Source of the DNA: Antechinus flavipes
Lineage: Eukaryota
Length of the DNA stretch: 64,000 bases
NCBI RefSeq assembly: GCF_016432865.1
Contig: NC_067398.1
Location: 295,120,001-295,184,000 of the forward strand
Direction: 5' to 3'
The notes beneath the pieces are model-generated. The model worked only from the letters and a program-made list of their open reading frames with translations, was not told where the DNA came from and ran no database searches. Shown here piece after piece: positions 60,711 to 64,000 of this stretch. A program made the position numbers and the translations under genes. Numbering within the stretch: the first letter of the stretch is position 1; the number at the start of each line of letters is the position of its first letter.

Positions 60711-61199
60711 AGATTAATTAGGTCTCTCCATTCTCAAACTTAATAATAAGTGCTCATATTCATAATGCATTTTCAGTTTTATAAAATTCAGTTTTCTCAA
60801 CAAATGTGTGAAATGAGGAGTGCAGATATTATTGAGATGTGATCACACATCTAGGAAGTACAGAACTTGGGCCTTCAGCCCTGCTTGTCTTGCTTCCAAG
60901 CGCAGCATTCATTTCTCTCTGTCATGCTCCTTGTAGTGAGAACAGTGTATCTCATTCAAATGTCTTCCATTCAGTAATTTAATTTGAATATAGATTTACA
61001 TGTAACCAACCAAAAAGATCCCCTTTGTGAGCATATGAATATTTTTAATAGATGAAAACAGATTGTGGATGTTCTTGATGTTCATTTTGAAGGGGGAACA
61101 TTTAGTTTGAAAAATATGAAAAAGAAGTCTTCCTTATTCTGACTTACTGTTAGGTAGGAGTTATGGTTTAACAAACACACATTTAGTGTCTCTTGTCCA

Positions 61200-62150
61200 C
61201 AATGTTTCTTACTGGTCACTAGAAATACAAAAGAGGAAAACTAACAGTTTCTGCTCAGAAAATTTATAATCCTCTTGGGGTAGTCAAGCAGATTTCCTAT
61301 GAGAGAGCCTGTGTGAGAAACCAAGATAAGATCAGAGAACAGTTAATAAGTTTAGTTTGAATGAAATAAAGCACATATAAAGGGCATAATGTAAAAAAAG
61401 ACTAGAAAGATAATTATGAAGCCAAATTATGGAGCTCTTTAAATGCCAACTGAACAAGTTAATGCTTATTTTGCAGATATTGGGGCCCTCTGAGTGTTTT
61501 GAACACAATCATATGGTCAAACTGGTATAATAGGAAGTAATTTTGATAGCTTTCTGAATGAGGATTAGATTGAACGATTAACAGAAAGTTACAAGATTAT
61601 CACCAAAGAACAGTAATTCTAAAAGAGTTAATGAGAGCCTGAACTAAAGTTGTGGTAGAAAGGAGGGATGGTTAGAAGTGATATGCTGTAAAGTGATGAA
61701 ATTCTTCACTAAAGCTGTAGCTGTAGCTGTGTCACAGGAGAGAAGGAGCACATTTGAGAGATGGAGCAAAGGTAAAAAAAAAAAAAAAAAAAAAAAAAAG
61801 TGATGTGCTGCTAGAATAGATGAGGATTGGCAATGGTTTGGACAAAATAGATAAGTTAGGAGTCACAAATAATTCCAGAGTTACCAGCTTTGGTAACTGG
61901 AAGAATGGTGAGAGACCATCAATAGAAATTGAGAAGTTTGAAGGATAGATTGGAGAATGATGAAGTGTTCGATTTTAAATGTTGTTTGAAACCCATTTGG
62001 AAATGAGGGGCTGGAGGCCAAAGGAGAATTGAGGACTGAATATCTCTAAAATCTAGATTTTAGAGTCACCTCTATAGAAGTGAGTTCTAAAGTCTTTGGA
62101 ATGGAAGCCATCTCCAAGGAGAAAAATGAAAAAAACAAGGAAAGTCTCAT
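61200..62150 (-). mobile_element. L2 3' fragments
   Basis: L2 tail words (aaacacacatttagtgtc..tactggtcactag) and purine-rich antisense L2. Confidence 0.55.
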
Positions 62151-62262
62151 TATATATTTATGAGCTTCAGAGGTTTTCTTAGCCCCAGATGTCTGTCTTT
62201 CTGGATTAATTCAACTACTTTCATTATGGGACTTTTCACAGAATTAAGCCTGTACTGTGACA

Positions 62263-62455
62263 GGCAGCTAGGTGGTGCAGTGGATAGAATATCAGGCCTG
62301 AAGTCAGGAAGACCTGAATTCAGATCTGGCCTCAAGACTCTCAATAGCTGTGTGACCTTGAAAAAGTCACTTAATTCTCTTTGCCTTAGTTAATGGCAAA
62401 CCACTGTAATATCTTTGCCAAGAAAATCCCAAAAGAGTTGGGACATGACTAAAAC
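62263..62455 (+). mobile_element. Mar1-like CORE-SINE
   Basis: tRNA-like head plus atggcaaaccact..tatctttgccaagaaaatccc tail. Confidence 0.8.
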
Positions 62456-62979
62456 TTCCATCATGACTTAAGAATGGCTTTACTTCCTTTTTTTTTTTTT
62501 TTTTTTTTTTAACCATTTTCCCTAACCTTCCCTCATAGAAGTAGAATACTTGTGATTGTGAGATTTAGGATGGGGGCATTTATGTGACTGGGTTAAAATG
62601 AAGGACTATCCAGTTTTGAGGTATGAGAAACTAAGAGAACATAACATAAATGTTGAAGTTTCTAAGAAGAAGGACAGAAGTTATGGAGAAGATAATTGAA
62701 GCAGGTACTGAGCTTCCTGAAAAGTAGGGAAAACAAAATAGACAATAATCTGAATAGTTTTTTGTAAGTTTTGATAGAATGAACTTCAAAGATTTGCTGA
62801 GTGGTAGCAACAAAATTAGTATTTGGAAGTTGCAGTTGGTAATAAGAAATGCTTCAACTTTCATTTCTTTAGCTAGATCCCAACAGATGAGCATCTACTT
62901 TATTCTAATTCTTTGATACCACAAAAAAAGTGTTACTATGAATATTTTACTATTTGTGAGACCTTTCTGTTCTAAATAT

Positions 62980-63480
62980 TTACATGAAGGAATGGGATCT
63001 CTGGGACAAAGAACATTTTAGCTTGGGTCCTACATTTTAGGAAGGACATTTGAGCACATTCAGAGAAGGATGACTAGAATGGCAGGGAATGGCCATGGGG
63101 TGAAAGGGTTGAAACCATGACTTGTGAGATTGATTTATAAAGATCTAGAAGTGTTTAATGTGAAAAGGATTAGACTAAGAAGGGCTGTAATCTTGTCTCC
63201 TGGTAATTGATGCCTTGTTATATAGAAGAGGGAGTAGATTTGTTTTAGTGGGTACAGAGTACAGAGGAATAAGGGGGTGGATATTAAGATGTTAACTCGA
63301 TGCAAAGCCAACACCTACAATTACTGTGGACCAGATATGCTCCACAGTATTTGTTGTTTGAGTTCTCTGTTACAGGTAGTCTTATATTACCAATGGAGAT
63401 ATTAGATAGTCTATTCCTATTCAAATAGAAGTTGAAATTTATGAGTTTTGTGGGTCCTTCCAACACTGAAGTTCTTGTGG
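62980..63480 (+). mobile_element. CR1/L3 3' fragment
   Basis: ttttaggaaggacatttgagcacattcagagaaggatgactagaatgg... ending in a gtccttccaacactg tail. Confidence 0.6.
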
Positions 63481-64000
63481 TTGCATAAGAAATGACTTTG
63501 GTACAGGGAGAACGAAACAAAAATAAAATGGTAATTTATATCACTAAAATGATTTATTTAATGTGTAATAATAGTTTATTTTAATTGATGGTACTTTGAG
63601 GAAAGTACTTTTCCTGTTTCCATCTATGGCTTTTTACATGGAACATTATTTGGTAATTTATAATAGATTATTAAGGAAGTTGTCTTTATCAAGACAGATG
63701 AAAAACTACATGTCTTAGTGATTTTCATACTGTTGTGGCAGTAGCCCTTTGTTTTATGATGGGGATAGTTTCTTCATACATTAGAGGAATAACTGTTAGA
63801 CTTGATATAGGTTTAACATTTTGGAAAAAATATTTTTAAAATACTTTTTTTTCTCTCGAATGACATATTAAAGTTAAAATTATAAATTAGAAGAATTTTC
63901 ATAGAGATCATGTATAAAGATTGTGTAGCACATTGCCATAGTATCTTAGCGTATTTGGGGAATGGGCAGGCATTCACTTGGAGCTTTTAAATTCATTCGT

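Noticed and set aside
60542-64000. Search for PDXDC1 exon 13 (expected SQRLQESLKK-like)
   Set aside because: No matching coding segment with splice sites was found; the exon presumably lies beyond the window.

Overview
Mammalian genomic DNA, almost certainly from a marsupial. The L1 3' ends, WSINE1/Mar1-type CORE-SINEs and RTE LINEs look dasyurid (Tasmanian devil-like); this is from family recognition, not a database search. The only host gene I can support is PDXDC1 on the + strand. It has a CpG-island promoter (~21.1-22.1 kb) and 12 coding exons from 21720 to 60541 that splice in frame (1089 nt, 363 codons, all introns GT-AG). The gene continues beyond the window. The upstream 21 kb and the introns are mostly transposon-derived (L1, L2, CR1/L3, RTE, MIR/Mar1/WSINE1, several solo LTRs). 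The most unusual object is a complete 8.18-kb class I (gamma-like) provirus on the minus strand (1578-9758). It has two LTRs, a TTAG target-site duplication and a tRNA-Thr PBS. I find no recognisable gag, pro or RT in it. It appears to carry TWO env genes: an old, contracted env remnant ending near an internal polypurine tract, followed by integrase and a second, more complete env. This suggests a chimeric non-autonomous element that re-acquired an IN-env cassette. Other points of interest: inverted young L1 tails flanking exons 9-11, an in-frame L1-derived read-through and poly(A) option after exon 11, loss of the canonical PLP-binding residues, a hairpin-associated 139-bp tandem duplication, and STRs inside splice acceptors. 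There are two N gaps (1253-1383, 27374-27516). Repeat boundaries without TSDs are approximate and identities are estimated by eye.
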